Source of the DNA: Curvularia clavata | Lineage: Eukaryota | DNA length: 64,000 bases | Direction: 5' to 3' | NCBI GenBank assembly: GCA_023920165.1 | Contig: CP089276.1 | Location: 1,302,001-1,366,000, forward strand | In this document: positions 1-11,496 of the stretch, one piece after another | Layout: each line of letters opens with the position of its first letter | Numbering within the stretch: position 1 is the stretch's first letter | Translations under genes and position numbers: made by a program | The notes under the pieces: model-generated | Told to the model about the DNA's origin: nothing | Database searches by the model: none | Seen by the model: the letters and a program-made list of their open reading frames with translations, nothing else

Positions 1-2
1 GC

Positions 3-608
3 GTTGTACACGCCGCACAAATATTCAAGCTGCTTTTCGACCGCAAAGTTAGTGACATTGTCAACCCGCACAGCGTCGTCGCTCTCTTCCACGCTGCCCT
101 TGTCCTCGGTCTGTACATATTCACCGTTCCGCCTCACCCCCAAACCTCCACCAACGGCAACTGTCCACCAAACGAGTCGTGCATCGAATTCCTTGACTTG
201 GTGGATTGGCTTTCTGTCGGCCAGCTCGGTTTCATAGACACCCCGCAGTCTCCCGTCGGCTTCTCAGACTCCAGCGATGTAATAAAATTCATACGTCATG
301 GCGGCCCATTCAGTATGACAGGCATCGTGCTAGAAGGCGGCTACCTCGCTGCCCGACGTACGCTCCTGCACTGTTCAGACCTCATGGAAGGCATGGGCCG
401 CTGGAAGAGCCGTACTTTCAGCCAGATACTGCACATCATGAGCGACGACCTGACCGACTACGAAGGCCACAGCAACGACGAAGAGGAAGTGTCGGGTTAT
501 GAAATGGATTTGCGGGATAACGACGATAGGGAAAGGACGAGAAGCGCGACTAGGCTAGGGCCGAGAGATGAAGGACAGCAGCAGCAGGAAGCGAGTCATC
601 AGCTGTGA
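3..608 (+). CDS. 5'-truncated gene; C-terminus resembling fungal transcription factors (C2H2 / fungal-specific TF type)
   Basis: Frame 3 is open from base 3 to TGA 606-608: VVHAAQIFKLLF...LFHAALVLGLY...DLVDWLSVG...FIRHGGP...ARRTLL...SQILHIMSDD. HAAQI and LFxAALVL segments recall fungal TF C-terminal regions; any DNA-binding domain lies outside the window. Confidence 0.5.
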   Translation, partial: VVHAAQIFKLLFDRKVSDIVNPHSVVALFHAALVLGLYIFTVPPHPQTSTNGNCPPNESCIEFLDLVDWLSVGQLGFIDTPQSPVGFSDSSDVIKFIRHGGPFSMTGIVLEGGYLAARRTLLHCSDLMEGMGRWKSRTFSQILHIMSDDLTDYEGHSNDEEEVSGYEMDLRDNDDRERTRSATRLGPRDEGQQQQEASHQL

Positions 609-1127
609 CGGTTTCGGTCCTCTTCCCAACAGTGTCTTTCAATTACTAGGTTGCAAGACTTGTGGGGGGAGAGGATCAAGACGAGGAGCGGTAACAGTGT
701 CAACGCCGCAAGATAATATTTGCTGGGATTTTGGAGGACAAGGTCGGTTTTATTGACATGGGAAAGGAGGAAAGTTGATACCCAAAGCGTTATATGGCTG
801 GGCAAAAGAGATTTAAGCGACTAGATAGAAGAAAGGTTAGGGACAACAAGTCTTCATCAAGGGAAGATGAACGAAACATCGGATTGGTGGGTTAGTTTGC
901 CAGTGATATCCAAAAGACGATGGAAGATGAAAAGCTTGTTCTTACTCTACTAATACATACACTTTGTCCCACCCCCCTTTTCCTCCTTGAGCAAATTTTT
1001 GGATGAGTGAATGTGATACATTTCACCATCAATGCTGTGTACTCATGCCACGGTGTGTCGTCCTCATAATGAGTCATGGGGCAAACATCGGATCGGTGTG
1101 TCGCTTGTGTCTTCAATGGCAGGAAGA

Positions 1128-2561
1128 CTACGCATCTTCTACACTGAGTCCGGTCAGGCGCTCGACAATTGCATCGAATACGTTCATGCTGTATCTCGTG
1201 ATTGCTGCTACAGTGCACCAGAAGATGGTAGCGGGTAATGCCTCGATGACGTTGATGAAAGGTGGATGATTGGCGTGATAAATCACTCGGTGCTCGTCTG
1301 GAGCCTGCAGAGCTATATCTGAAATCTCGGGACCTGTGTTGTGCTTCTCGTCTTGTTCGGTGAGTGGCATGGAGCAGCGCTGTGGAGTTTGTAGTTGCAA
1401 CCGCGTACCCCGTTTCCGCTTTGGGCTTGGTGATGTCTGGGGAGGTTTGAACTCTGGCTTGCGATAGCTGCGTCCAAAGATTTTCGTGTCCTGGACCTTT
1501 ACTGGCGTACCATGCGTAATTGGATATTTCTTCCCAAAGATCTCCCTGTCTTGAACCTTCACCGGAGTGCCATGCACAAGCAGATCTCCCGCTGTCTTAC
1601 TCTCCATAATAGGTTCCAAAGGTGCGAGATCCACTTCTCTGTATTTCTCCAACTCCCTCAATGCTGCTTCTTCCTCAGCTTCAGCTTCCTCGATCGCAGC
1701 TACGCGGGCTAGCTCGGCAAGCTCGTCTGGTGACGAGGCTTTGCGACGACGCTTGAACGGAGAAGTTGCTTTGGATTGGCTTGATCTAGACGAGCGGGTT
1801 GCTTTCCTGGAAGGAGTCGTGCTGAAGGGCAGATCGTCGGGTGCTCGGAGTGTTGTAACGGGGTCAGAATTCAATTCGATCGAGGAAACACTTCTTGTCC
1901 GAAAGGATTCAGACATTATGTCTGACCCATAGAGATTACTCGGGAAATCAGTCCCATCGAAACTATATGCATCATCCCCGTCACTATCCTGAGTCATATA
2001 CAGCTCAGTCAGTTCAGGCGAAGTGGCGATCTTGGACTCATTCTCCTGCGTTAGCACTTGTTTCCTTAACTTCTCTTGGACCCGTTCACGATAGCTCCTC
2101 ATTGACTCAGTGTCGTCCGACACTGACCCGTTACCAGGATATAACAAGCTGAAATCCTGTACAGGTGCGGGCACAGCCTTGGTGTATGGTACGTTCATCA
2201 TGTCCTTGATGGTGTCGCCTTCGCTCTCGCTGCCCGCTTCTAAAACTGGGGACGAAGGGCCAACACGGTCGAACTCCGTTCGGTCTTTGCTGAAGTAGGA
2301 AGTCCGTGAGATTGGGCTGGAGTTGCGCATGGTTTCCTGCTCGTCTCTGAACGATATGCGATTTTCTGTACCGACCAAGGGTATGGGATTAATCAGTGTG
2401 CCAGCCGTCTGGGGTGGTACATCTTCGCTGCAGTTGCTAAGGTTGTCGCTATGTCCACAGTCCTCGAGCATTGCTCTGAAAATGTCGGGTGCAATGGGTG
2501 AGCCTGGCGGAGACGTCGTTCGTCCGGGTAGGCGTGAGGTGCCGGATAACGGTGAATCCAT
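1128..2561 (-). CDS. Hypothetical, largely low-complexity Ser/Pro/acidic protein (~477 aa)
   Basis: Long ORF; first ATG gives MDSPLSGTS; internal duplication HGTPVKVQD..IFG x2; hydrophobic C-terminal segment. No family recognised. Confidence 0.6.
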   Translation of the reverse strand: MDSPLSGTSRLPGRTTSPPGSPIAPDIFRAMLEDCGHSDNLSNCSEDVPPQTAGTLINPIPLVGTENRISFRDEQETMRNSSPISRTSYFSKDRTEFDRVGPSSPVLEAGSESEGDTIKDMMNVPYTKAVPAPVQDFSLLYPGNGSVSDDTESMRSYRERVQEKLRKQVLTQENESKIATSPELTELYMTQDSDGDDAYSFDGTDFPSNLYGSDIMSESFRTRSVSSIELNSDPVTTLRAPDDLPFSTTPSRKATRSSRSSQSKATSPFKRRRKASSPDELAELARVAAIEEAEAEEEAALRELEKYREVDLAPLEPIMESKTAGDLLVHGTPVKVQDREIFGKKYPITHGTPVKVQDTKIFGRSYRKPEFKPPQTSPSPKRKRGTRLQLQTPQRCSMPLTEQDEKHNTGPEISDIALQAPDEHRVIYHANHPPFINVIEALPATIFWCTVAAITRYSMNVFDAIVERLTGLSVEDA

Positions 2562-2904
2562 GTTTGAGGGTGCTGTGTTTGTCTGAGTGACGTAGGGGCA
2601 ATGGGCAGGAGGAGCTGTTGTCGTCCATATAGGAAGGGGCTGTAGCGCCACCTGTTCCAAAGCACCCGCACGCTTGCCGACGAGTTGTTGTGGTATTGAT
2701 GCGACCGCAAGATTTAATATCGACAAGACTAGTTGTGCCAAGCTATCAGGAAGCGTTCTTGTGTTTGGTAGTGGTGGGGTCAGTGCAAGTGAAGACAACA
2801 AACGCGGTAGCAATACAAACAGTGACGAAATCGCCCACTAAAACGAGCGCGCTCTACTCCAAGTGAGATTAATCCGCACGTGACAGACAAAAGCATGCAA
2901 GTTA

Positions 2905-4579
2905 TCAAACCTCAACTCCCTCTTCACTTACGCGTACGCCTCTAAGCACATACCCGTCTCTCCTCGCTTCAGCTGCTTCCCGCAAGATAGTCTCCTTGAC
3001 TTGGTCGGATCTCACGCTCCACCTCACACGATACGGTTTAGCCATCGTCGTACTCCCAACTGCATCAAAAGCTTCGTCACTAGTATCGACCTCGATTTCC
3101 TTGCCCTTGTCGTCAAGCGGCGGCAGAATATCAAAAGCCCAAAGCAACTTCGCAAGTACAATGAACATGCTGTTCTCTGCCAAATGCATGCCAGAGCAGA
3201 TTCGGCGACCTGCACCAAAGGCCCAGTGGTCGCGGCTTGCTGCTGGACCACCGGCATAGTGTCCTGATCCGTATGGGTAGTTGAGATATCTTTCAGGTTT
3301 GAAGCGCTGAGGGTCTTCGAAGAGGTTTGGGTCGTAATGAATGGGGTACTGTTGCAGGCAAACAACCGAATTCGCAGGAATATATATCCCTTTGTAGGTA
3401 ACGGGCCCGGTAGTGTAATGAGGTGTGCCGATGTTGGTAACGGGTCGTAGCCGCAGTGTTTCCTTGACAATGGCACGGATGTACGGTAACATGGGCTCGT
3501 CTTCAAATGTTGGGGATCGTGTAGATCCCGCCACCTTCTGGATTTCTTCAAATGCCTTCTGCCTGGCGTGGGGATTGGCGGAAAGGTAAAGAATCGCTGT
3601 GTTGAGTGCTGCAGATGTTGTTTCACTCCCCGCTTCAATCATACTACCTGCTAAGAAGGCAGCCTGCAGTTCGCTGATTCCCTGCTTCTCGTAATCACTT
3701 TCAATGAATTGCTTGACAAAGCATTCGGGAGCTTGTTTGGTTTCCATCTGTATCTTCAGCGTAGTCCAAAAGGACATCCAGAGGTTAGCTTGCTTTTCAA
3801 AGTATGGTTTGACTTCTTTGCGCCACCACTGTAGACGCGGCGGGAGTTTACCGAGGAAAGGGAGGGTGTCAGCTAGGTATGTGCCTGGCTTGGCCATGGT
3901 GGAAAAATCGTTCATGATGCCGTAGATGCCATGAACCTCATTGCAGTCCTGTTTTTGTCAGTTTCATTCGTACTGGTTTCGTTTGAAGGCTCCCACTGAC
4001 CCATTGCGGTATACGCCGGCCATAGGTACTTGTCATTATGACACTGACAGTATATCTTCTGATGGCTTTGTAGCTAACCTCGTTGCCGCTCTTTTCGTCT
4101 GCTCCATTCAAAATCTCCTCAAGAAGTATCTTCGCTTCGAACTCCTGACTTGGTTTGAACGTGGCACTGACCGCTGGGGTCAGCAGCCTGTGGCTGATGC
4201 TTCTCAACTTGCGCCATTCCGGCCCATATTCCATGAACAAGAATCTCATTCCCCCGCTCAGCGCATCTCCAGATACAGGGAGTGGCGATCGCGAGCTAGT
4301 GTGTGCAGACTGTTTGTCGAGTATGTCTTTGCATGCATCGGGCGAGCATATCATGTACCAGTCGTTCCAGCCCAGACGAATCTTGTATACTTCGCCATAT
4401 TCTCGAGCCCAAGCTGTAATTTGTTGGTGCGGTTGCTGGCCGAGTTGATGTGCATTTCCCAGAAGTGGAAGCCCAGCGGGACCAGGTGCAGCTTTGGTAC
4501 CCGCGGGTGGTTTGTTTTTATAACGTGTATAGATAACGAAGGACACGAGCAGCAAGGATACGAGGGCAAGGGTGTACAT
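2905..4579 (-). CDS. Cytochrome P450 monooxygenase (~540 aa, 2 exons)
   Basis: Exons 4579-4001 and 3948-2905; 52-nt GT..CTGAC..AG intron keeps frame. N-terminal TM anchor, PGP hinge, I-helix AGSETT, KETLR, PER, heme motif FGAGRRICSG. Confidence 0.95.
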
Positions 4580-5272
4580 GTGGGGCTAAGAGTGGCTTCG
4601 AGTGCGGGTTGAAGAGGCAGGCATAGAGCGCATTAAACAATACAGAGCTCTTGAGTTCAGAATTTTCGATTCGGTAATTATCGACTATATTTAAAGGCTC
4701 GTGTTGTATTGCGAGGCATGCGATGTTTGATATCCATCTTGTAGGCTGTTCCCCACATAATTGGACTACCGAACCCCAAGTACAGTGCAAATAGATGAGT
4801 GAGGGGAATGCGGAGTAAGGCTTGACAAGCTAAGCCGTCTTCTATCCATAGTCCCACGAGTCCCTACCCCAACCTGGACCCTATCCGGACCGTACCGGGG
4901 TGATGGGGTAACTACAATGGCATCCTACTGGGCGTGAGTGGGTGCTTGACATGCAAAGTGTTTTAGCGCAGCCCACTCCCGCACCCTCTCGAGTACAGTA
5001 GATTCGAACATCCAGATGATTAACAGACCGATGAAAGTCATGTTCACGAAGATGTGCGAAGGCGGCAGTCGTGCCGCATCAATGTCAGAATTGTAGCGAG
5101 CTTTTTGTCAGCAGTCCCATCGATCGGCTCCCGAAACCACCGAAGCCCATCTTGATCCTTCAGCAAGTGCGGAAACAGCGTCTGATCTGGATCCAGCGCG
5201 CATCATGCGACGATCTCGGCGCAAACCTTATAAGAAGGAAATGCCTTTGATACTGTAGCTAACAAAGCGGCA

Positions 5273-6187
5273 ATGCTTACCCGCTTCACAGTCTTTACGC
5301 TTCTGCGTTCCATTCCGTCTAGTCCGCACTTCTCCCGCATTCGCTCATCAAATCTCCAACCGCTGTACCAATGTGCCATGTCTACGTCATCTAACTTCCA
5401 TCTCAACCCCTCAATATTCAATCGCACGCTGTACGACCGTGTGACAGAAACATGGTTCCAAGACCTAGGCACCAGCGGCCACGAGTTTCACAACAGTATC
5501 GTAACGCGGTGGTTTATTCCTACACCCAAGGAGCGAGCCGCCTTCGACGAAGTATGCAGAGGATCTTTCTCACACGCCCTGGAAGCCATTGGCCCAGATG
5601 CCTTCCCAGCCGCGACTGCACAGCCATTCGTGGACGAGCTACACCGCATCGCCGAGCAGACCAGCACAGAGAATGGCGAGGAAGCAGCATGGACAGCACT
5701 CAGCATGGCGCTATTGCTCGATCAGATGCCCAGGAATATCTACCGTACCAATGCGGAGCTGCCGCTCGTTTATAAGCACTACGACCGCATGGCGCTACAG
5801 CTTTCCCGCACCTTATTATCACCCTCATCGCCCATCCCCCGGCCAGATCTACATCCAATATTCCGTCGATCTGCAGCGCACAGAATGTGGTTCTATATGC
5901 CTCTGATCCACTCTGAGGACGTGTCCGATCACGATCTTGCGCACGGCATTGTAGCTGAATTTGTGAAGGAAGTAGACGGACTGGATGGATACGAAGGCAC
6001 ACAAAAGTTTCTCGAGGGGTATACTAAGTCGGCCAAGGAACATAGAGAAATACTGGATAGGTTTGGTAGGTACCCGCATCGAAATGGTGCGTTAGGAAGG
6101 CAGAGTACGGAAGAAGAGAAGAGGTTTATTGAAGAGGGAGGCGCCACATTTGGGGTTGCGCAGGAGAAGAAAGAGGCGGTTTTGTAG
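5273..6187 (+). CDS. DUF924 family protein
   Basis: Motifs LLDQMPRNIYR, FYMPLIHSE, RFGRYPHRN typical of DUF924; start may be a downstream ATG (MSTSS). Confidence 0.85.
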   Translation: MLTRFTVFTLLRSIPSSPHFSRIRSSNLQPLYQCAMSTSSNFHLNPSIFNRTLYDRVTETWFQDLGTSGHEFHNSIVTRWFIPTPKERAAFDEVCRGSFSHALEAIGPDAFPAATAQPFVDELHRIAEQTSTENGEEAAWTALSMALLLDQMPRNIYRTNAELPLVYKHYDRMALQLSRTLLSPSSPIPRPDLHPIFRRSAAHRMWFYMPLIHSEDVSDHDLAHGIVAEFVKEVDGLDGYEGTQKFLEGYTKSAKEHREILDRFGRYPHRNGALGRQSTEEEKRFIEEGGATFGVAQEKKEAVL

Positions 6188-6354
6188 GCTATAGACTTGT
6201 AAATATATATCCTATCTCGATGAGACTTTTCTAGGCTAGCGAAGTATTTATCTCACATACTTGCTCTGAGGCAGTGTGCATGTTGGTCAACATGTCAACG
6301 ACAATATCGTCACCAAAAATCCAGATATTCCAGTATCATTCATTGGGTTAGGTT

Positions 6355-7864
6355 CTATTTGGTAACCTGCTCGTCGGCCTTGCGGATTTCTGTCTCAAAC
6401 CACCGAAGCAGCCGCTCGGTAGCCTCGATATTCCTCCTCAAATCCTCCGCGTTCTGCTTCACTTGCTTGATCTGCTCAGAGGCGCCCATGCCCTCTGTCG
6501 GCAATGCCTCATACTGCGAAATTGTGTGTTCTAAGTGATATAATACCTCCTTTTGTCTTGACCAATTGAGCCGCACCAGCTCCGCGACAATCTGTGGCCC
6601 GCGGTACTCGTTTTGCGCGGCTACCTCTGAATGCTGTGTTGCTTCATGCGCTATAACCGGGGCTGGTGGGATAGAATCTGTTTGCCTCATCTGCTGCAGT
6701 TGCTTGTTCGCATCTGCTTCATAGTATTCTAGAATCGCGTACCTAGCCACCAGGTCCGATGTCATGTTGTTAAGTAATTGCAGTTCTCTTCTAAAGACGT
6801 CCTTTTCCCTGGTTTCGTCGTGCTGGAGGTAGAACTCATGTTCCTTAAGCGCCAGTTCTTTCCACAAGACATGAAGTTCTGTACCAGTTTGCTTCTTGAG
6901 ACTCTGGATTCGCTCCAACCAATCTCGTATGCTGCTCTCGTCCCGGGACTGGAAGTCGTCTCTGTAGGCTCGATAGCCTGCTTCCATGTCCGGTCCTGCG
7001 AGGTCCTTTGATTTAAATTCTACTTGTATGAGAGCGAATTTGTTCGCATCTGCTTGTAGCGATGATTCCAACGCTGGGCTGTGAGGTGATGACCTCGAGG
7101 GATGGGCGCGCTGTCGTCCACTAGCCATACCTCCTGCTTCCCCTGTCCTACCGAGGTGCAGAGGATCCCGCAAAATTCGCAAATATGGCGATGTGTAGTA
7201 TTTTAAAGCGAACTTGCCAGCGACAGAGAGGGAAGACTTAGCTTCGTCGTTGTTTCGCAACCTCTCATACAAGCTCACTCTAATCGCCTTGTCTGAAGAA
7301 TCCAGAAGATCGAGCAACCGCGGATTGATGCGCACCAGAAACGAGTGCCCAACTTGGTATCCAAGCGCACAGCCTACAGTCGCTGCCCCGAAAAATCGCG
7401 AGAACCCATGTGCCCCTGGTAACGCGCGCGGATTGAGAGCCATCAGGACACCCAATCCTCCTCCGGCCAGAGTCGCATCCTCTGTAGTCCAGTGTTTCGA
7501 TCTCTCCCACAGCTTGCCGGGTTCTGGCGTGATCTTGTCCATCTTGAACACCCCTCTATTCACTTCACGTCGCCCATATAATTCCGCAGCGGTATATGTG
7601 AGATCGACAGTGCTGAAGAAGGCCGCGCACCTAAGAAACGTGCCTGGACGTGAGCGGCCGACGAGCGCAAGCAAGCCAGTACAGCCAACCGCAGCGATTG
7701 AACCCCTCCATGGCGATGCAATAAGATCAGGCTGCGCAGGGAGAGCGCCAGGACGTTTGCGTGTGAGCGGATGTTGACCCTCACCTAGACTTGAGTCAGA
7801 TGGCTATGACGCGCTTGTACCCATCCTGTGTGCACCTACCTTCAGAGATGCAGAGTCTCACCAT
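6355..7864 (-). CDS. Hypothetical protein with hydrophobic N-terminal segments and coiled-coil C-terminus (~484 aa, 2 exons)
   Basis: Exon 7864-7840, 55-nt intron GTAGGT..CTGAC..TAG (7839-7785), exon 7784-6355 in frame with the 439-aa ORF. Confidence 0.65.
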
Positions 7865-8334
7865 GGTGCCTTACCGTGGGCTGCGTATGATTTAGCGTAG
7901 GTAGTGACAGTGCAGCGATAGCCATTGGACGCTTCAACCCATTGAGTGGAAGCTTGCAGAATGGGACAGAAGTCGTATGAAATTACGAGGCGCGTTTGCG
8001 TTCATGACGGGGGAAGGTGCCGGCACGACCCTTGCAGTAGTGCATCTGACGTATCAATCGAAACATCCGATGAAGGTGGCGACAACTAGGAAGTAGAACT
8101 ATGCAATGTGGCTATGCGCATGGCTCAAATGTGCAATGCAGGCTATGGATCTGGACGGGATCTAGCTTTGAGATGATGCTGTGACAATGATTCAGGCTGC
8201 CCCACCGCCGTACCACCCCACCCCACTACGGCATGGAGTTGGGTCCATGCACTAATGTAACCACAAAGATCAATATTGTATTACATTATAAGTGACAGTT
8301 TTTGTCCTTCTTCCATCAATAGCTACTACAGCAT

Positions 8335-8423
8335 GGTCTTATGGTCTAGTGGTATGATTCTCGCTTAGGGATTTCCCGAGCACAGCTTGCGAGAGGCCCC
8401 GCGTTCGAGTCGCGGTAAGACCC
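8335..8423 (+). tRNA. tRNA-Pro (anticodon AGG) with 17-nt intron
   Basis: Acceptor GGTCTTA/TAAGACC; A-box TGGTCTAGTGG; anticodon arm CTCGC-TT-AGG-G-[intron 8371-8387]-T-GCGAG; B-box GTTCGAGTC; T-run Pol III terminator at 8425-8430. Confidence 0.95.
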
Positions 8424-8549
8424 ATTTTTTGCACTTTCCATGGACCTGACTATCAGTCATGGGTGGTGTGGAAGGAAACACTTTTTGTTTTTGCACAGTT
8501 CAATTACTATGAGCGCAACAGCCTTTCATTTAACAGACTACTAACAAGC

Positions 8550-9122
8550 TCAAGGATGCCGTCTGAACGTACGGGCTGTCCGCAATTGGTGGGCCCACAT
8601 CTTGTCCCTGGTCTCAGCATCTGCGGCGTGACCCATCATCTCGACATTTACTATAATATTACCATCATCGTCTCTTCGTGGAAAGGCACGCCGGAAGAAC
8701 AGAAGATTCTCTGACCAAGGCTCGGCGGCCCTGACCCACTGAGCTTTCTTGACTTCCTCCAAATGCTCGTTCAAATATGCATGTACTTCTGTGACAAACT
8801 GCCTCAACGTAATAGATCGTCCATCTTCATTCTTAATTATAAGAGGAGGAGGGGGTCGGTAGCCACCCATCTCAAGGTCGCCATCACTATCATACGAAAG
8901 ATAAAACTTTTCCAAGCATTCCCTACTGTTCACCTCGATATGGCTCAGGCTTGGTACACCAAGGTCCGCATCTGCTAAGGCATGGTCGAACAGCGGAACG
9001 ATTGTCTCTTCGTTTTCAATCCCCAGCACGATTTCGGTGTTGTGTACGTCAGTCAACAAATTCCAACGCAGTCGGTATAAGAGATCCATGCGGATGGGAT
9101 TTGGCATCATTGTGGAAGCCAT
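8550..9122 (-). CDS. Hypothetical protein (190 aa)
   Basis: ATG-initiated ORF with globular-looking composition (PPPLIIKNEDGRSITLRQFVTEVHAYL); no function recognised. Confidence 0.6.
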   Translation of the reverse strand: MASTMMPNPIRMDLLYRLRWNLLTDVHNTEIVLGIENEETIVPLFDHALADADLGVPSLSHIEVNSRECLEKFYLSYDSDGDLEMGGYRPPPPLIIKNEDGRSITLRQFVTEVHAYLNEHLEEVKKAQWVRAAEPWSENLLFFRRAFPRRDDDGNIIVNVEMMGHAADAETRDKMWAHQLRTARTFRRHP

Positions 9123-9461
9123 GATGGTGTGAGTTCGCGTGTAGAAAGTCGAGTTTTCCAGGAAGACTTGTAATTTTGGGTTGAGAGGTAGCTTTTATAA
9201 GACTCCTAATAATTCTCTCAACATTATCATGATAAGTTTTTGAAAAGATTCTCACCTTGGATATTTTATCCCTAGTGGAGTATCATGTACTTATGTACTG
9301 CTCCTTTCAGTGGAGGGATGAAGATGGATGACGTAAATGACCGAAACTCCGGCGCGGAAATGTTTCATTCCTACATTTCTACCTAACACAACATTTATTA
9401 CCCGGCCACCTCTCCATACCTACATTGCGGCTACACCTGTAAACACGCGCTATAAACAAAA

Positions 9462-10232
9462 ATGCGCGCCCTAAGACCTTCCACGGCGCGTAAAATCCGC
9501 GCATCACTTACGTCCGAACCGGCTGCCTCGTCGCCATTGCGCAACCGACAGAGCGCTGCACCATGCCTGTTCTGCGCTCATCGCATAGCTCCTCAAGTAG
9601 CTTTTCGACGCTTCCAGTCTACCTCCTCCAGCTCGACTACGGTCGAGAGGCCCTTCGACACGAATCAGTCTGCGACGACTCAATCAACACAAGTACCACA
9701 GACACACTATGACTTCTTCCCCGCATCTCTCCCCAGCGGACCCCCGCCAAAGGGTCCCTTTGCTATCGACCTTGCCGCACTCAAGCGCGAATTCCTACAA
9801 TTACAGGCACGTGCGCATCCTGATTTACATCCTCAAGCAGATAAGAAGCGCGCCGAGGCCACGTCTGCACGGATAAACGAAGCCTACAAAACTCTTCAAA
9901 ACCCTCTACTGCGGGCACAATATCTACTTTCCCAGCGGGGTATTGAAGTAGCGGAAGATGAGACCGCCAAGGTCGACGACCCAGAGTTGCTGATGGAGGT
10001 CTTGGAAGCAAGGGAAAATATCGAGGAGGCGGAGCGAGAGGAGGATCTTGAGGAAATGAGACACAGGAACGAAGAGAGGATAGCGGAGAGCACAGAGATA
10101 CTTGACAGGGCGTTCAAAGAGGATAACTTAGATACTGCGAAGAGTGAGGCAGTGAAATTGCGATACTGGATCAACATCAAAGAGAGCATAGAAAACTGGG
10201 AAAAGGGCGTACCCGTCGTATTGCAGCATTAG
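9462..10232 (+). CDS. JAC1: Mitochondrial Fe-S cluster co-chaperone HscB/Jac1
   Basis: Arg/Ser-rich presequence, J-domain with HPD (QARAHPDLH), INEAYKTLQNPLLRAQYLL, HscB C-terminal domain (AVKLRYWINI). Confidence 0.93.
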   Translation: MRALRPSTARKIRASLTSEPAASSPLRNRQSAAPCLFCAHRIAPQVAFRRFQSTSSSSTTVERPFDTNQSATTQSTQVPQTHYDFFPASLPSGPPPKGPFAIDLAALKREFLQLQARAHPDLHPQADKKRAEATSARINEAYKTLQNPLLRAQYLLSQRGIEVAEDETAKVDDPELLMEVLEARENIEEAEREEDLEEMRHRNEERIAESTEILDRAFKEDNLDTAKSEAVKLRYWINIKESIENWEKGVPVVLQH

Positions 10233-10301
10233 AAGCGCGTAAACGGTTGGAGTATGGTGTGCTAAAGAAAGGATCTCTATTCTCCTCCTCCGCTCCAATT
10301 T

Positions 10302-11496
10302 CTAGACAGGCACAGTAATAGGATTCATGACTCCAGCACCACCATCAACCCTCAACTCAGCCCCAGTAATATAGCTACTAAACCCACTAGCCAGAAATCC
10401 GACTGTCCTGCCGACTTCCTCTGGTCTTCCCGCTCTTTCCAACCCAATCGTCCTCTTCTGAATTTCCCCAGCCTGCAGACTCGCGGGTGGAAACTGACCT
10501 TGTGCCATCTCTTTCACGCCGCAGTCTTTCAAGTCAACCCCAACATCGATCTGGCCCGCCGTAACAGCATTGATGCGCACACCTGTGCCCTTGAGGACAA
10601 GGACACCCGAGCGCACAACACCCAACGCCGCATGCGAAGCCATTGTGAAAGCAGGAGCCCAGCACCCGCCATATGTCCCCGCGACACTGGTGACCACAAC
10701 GATGGACCCGTATGCGACGTCCTTCGGAGCAGCATTCGCGTAGTTTCCCTTTGGCGTTGTTTTCTGCATGGCTGCAGGCGCATACTTGAGCGCAAAGAAA
10801 GCAGGTAGGGCATTCGTGTCGAACGCAGCATATAAATCTTTCGGGCCTGTCTGCGTTATCGAGGGGGGGCCGAGGAGGCCCGTGGATGAGGTCCAGACGT
10901 CCAGTCGGCCCCAGGTGTTTAGCACGTCGTCGATCAAGGCAAGAGTATCTTCTTCAGAAGCCATGTTATACGGGTAGCTAATGATTTTGGTGTTGGGATA
11001 TTGTGCGTTGATATCATCTGCGAGTGAGGTGTCGGGCTCAAAGGGGAGCGTGGAGCATGCGTAGATGCATGCTGCGCCGTGGGCTGGAAGGGGTGTCAAA
11101 GTTGTATGTGCATTTTGACTTGAGATCTTAGGAGAAAGAAATGGTCGAAGGAGGGGATAGGATAGGAGCTTACCAGCTAATTCGGCGACGATGGCTTTCC
11201 CTACCGGTTGCGTTGCACCGGTTACTACGCACACGAAGCCGTACTAAACGAAGACATGAGTTGTCAGATAGATGCCTTCTTCAAAACTTGCTGTATATGT
11301 CTCTTTTCTTCATTCGATTGACCATCACTTTTAAGAGTCCTGTTGCCTCTTTTTTTGCTACTTCAACCCCACGACACGTATTGTCTAAAACGATGACAGA
11401 CAGAAATCGACTCACAAGCTTCCCGTCCGCCCTATACGGCGAGAAATGCTCCGAATCCGTGACACCCTCACCTCTACTTCCGTTGCTCTGTGTCAT
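10302..11496 (-). CDS. Atypical short-chain dehydrogenase/reductase (3 exons)
   Basis: Exons 11496-11416, 11243-11174, 11083-10302 give FSPYRADGKLYGFVCVVTGATQPVG...WGRLDVW...GVRINAV...FLAS..SSYITGAELRVDGG. Confidence 0.85.

Noticed and set aside
2905..4579. P450 as part of a secondary-metabolite cluster
   Set aside because: No PKS, NRPS or terpene synthase in the window; neighbours appear unrelated.
11244..11415. Intronic snoRNA in longer introns (also MMS19 47532-47704)
   Set aside because: No convincing C/D box pair with terminal stem; the CTGA seen coincides with the branch point.
10302..11496. SDR as the missing HxnW
   Set aside because: It lacks YxxxK, is separated from the cluster by two unrelated genes, and I did not see the 11-mer upstream of it.
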